Shown here in pieces: positions 62,113-64,000 of a stretch of 64,000 bases of DNA. Positions within the stretch are counted from its first letter, which is position 1. Each line of letters begins with the position of its first letter. The stretch comes from Paraphysomonas bandaiensis. Its lineage: Eukaryota; Protista; Chrysophyceae. The notes below the pieces were generated by a model. That model had not been told where the DNA came from. It ran no database searches and worked only from the letters and a program-made list of their open reading frames with translations. The translations under genes were made by a program, and so were the position numbers. Location: contig CBFFRP010000433.1 of the NCBI GenBank assembly GCA_965644295.1, positions 248,001 to 312,000 on the forward strand, read 5' to 3'.

Positions 62113-63734
62113 TTATTTCTTTTTCCCCTTTCCTTTCCCTTTTTTGCCTTTCTTGCCCTTCTTCCCAGAATCCTTGCGGAATATCTGCTCAAATAGAGGC
62201 ATTGGAAGTGTCAGATCGACAAGAAACTCAGTAATTTTTGTGTTCTCTGGTCCCAGAGCAGGAATTAACACTGTAGCACCTTCTTCCCCTATATATATCT
62301 GTTAATATCGACCACTGGCATGAAATATAGTGGGAATCTTTTCCATCTCACTACACAAGTCACGTAGACAACAGAAGAAGGAATGCAGCAATACCTATTC
62401 TGTTCCACATGAGATCAACACTCGTTAAAGCAAGTGTGGGGTTCATTAAACAGTCTCTGAATCTCTCTAGCGCTTTCAAGTCATCCTCATCCTATAATAC
62501 AGTGTAAAATATGAACTTTTCACAGGACTGTACATGACAACGCATATATTACACGCTGTATTACCACATCACCCTAATCAATACTATCAACATGTTTGTA
62601 ACTTACATGCTCGATATTATTGTCTGCAAGCATTAGCTTCTCGCACTTTTCATTGACATATAGGCCTTTACATAGTTTGCCAAGACCGATACCGCCAAGT
62701 TTATTACCGTTTAAATTAATCACCTCCAGGGCACTTCGTGCGTTCTCAAGTATATCAGAAATTGCATCTCCACCATTTTCGTCAATACCACAGTAACTAA
62801 GGTGTATCTATGCGACAACACGTGTCATAAAAAAATCAGAAAACGGCGGTAGGCAATTACTTGTTTCAATGTACCATTGGTACGAAGTCCTTTGCAAAGT
62901 TCAATAACACCTACAAAATTTACACACATATTTTAGTATGCGATTACTTTTTATATAAAGTCATATATATATTATCCCGAGCATCCCTGACGATATGATA
63001 CAAACGTACTTCGTACTCACCTTCAGTCCCAAGAGTGGAATTGTAGTCCAATTTCAGTGTAAGTAAGCTAAGGTTGTGTCTTCGTGACAATGCAGTGCCC
63101 AGTGCAAGCCCACCTCGTGGACCTATATTATTATCCAACAACTCTAAGTACTGAAGCTGTACATCAACACCTCCGAGACGTAGCACTTCAGCCTTCACGA
63201 CAAGTCAGATACACATTCGTACATGACAGTTATGACTTACAATAGATGCTGCCCCGTCATCAGCAATATTCGAACGCCAAATACGAATAGATTTTAACAA
63301 TTTATAAGGCCCTCCTTTCATGCCTTGTCCAGAACCCATGATAGCAGTCATTAATGCCCTCGTTCCCCCAGGTCCCAAGGGTCCAAAATCATCATCAATA
63401 ATAAGCTGCAAAGCAAACATTAAATTAATTATACATATATTTCATTATGATAATGATAATCCAATTGCAAACGATAATATTTACACGACGAGTTACATCT
63501 AGACACCTGTTCAATAGGAAAATTTTCCTCGTCATTCAGGCATTGGACAACCTTCCCATGTATCGGCATACCAATGAGTCTGATTATAGAACCATCACAA
63601 GGAACACTAAATTTAGATTTAATAACTCACTTGCAAAACTTCTGGTAGTTTTGCAGGAGCACTGCTGGGTCCTCTCCCTCGACTGCCTCACCTGGGCCTT
63701 TACTAGCCTTGTTATCCTTCTTTTTAGGGGGCAT
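62113..63734 (-). CDS. RNI-like leucine-rich repeat protein with Lys-rich termini (probably ciliary), multi-exon
   Basis: MPPKKKDNKASK start, LRRs (LQYLELLDNNIGPRGG, LLTLKLDYN, LEVINLNGNKLG, LMLADNNI) and a KKGKKGKKGKGKGKKK* end. Confidence 0.85.
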
Positions 63735-64000
63735 GACTTATTCCTTGCACTATGCTGAGTACAGTACCTCAGACAGAGCTACACACTAGGTAACACTAAT
63801 ACCCCTTACTTAAAATAAACGTTTAAAAGGAGAAGAACGGCAGTACATAGAAGTTACATATGAGCCCAAACAGCAACGCAACTATCATATACAACAAATA
63901 CACTACTGTGTATGGAAGGTTTGAGCCATTTTTTTGTAACAGCTCTAAAGTTTCTACGTGGTCTTGTTTAACCCATTTCTAATACCTGAAAATCTGAAAA

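Overview
Gene-dense eukaryotic nuclear DNA with very short (about 40-60 nt) GT-AG introns. It is probably from a flagellated stramenopile (chrysophyte-like; this is inference from gene content and style). I could build about 21 protein-coding genes: RPL29, a UCP-like mitochondrial carrier, a CK1-like kinase, SmD1, a KH+WW protein, a WD40 protein, a KIX protein, a 4TM+SAM protein, ODAD1/ODA-DC2, CC2D2A/MKS6, SSNA1-like, a CFAP20-domain protein, TM9SF, REV1, PDI, TBCC, an LRR protein and several hypotheticals. Most sit in head-to-head pairs, and the mobile elements lie downstream of gene 3' ends, mostly in tail-to-tail gaps. The mobile elements are an intact Ty1/copia element with identical LTRs ending TG...TA, a deleted and rearranged copia relative with a nested insertion, a hAT MITE, a fold-back repeat and a 5'-truncated LINE. 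The most notable signal is three dispersed non-coding repeats sharing the LINE's 3' tail; one has a TSD and one has a degenerate tRNA-like head, which suggests a SINE/LINE partner system. A CTWGGTAAC-like motif also occurs upstream of the ciliary genes. Gene models were built by eye; no database searches were run.
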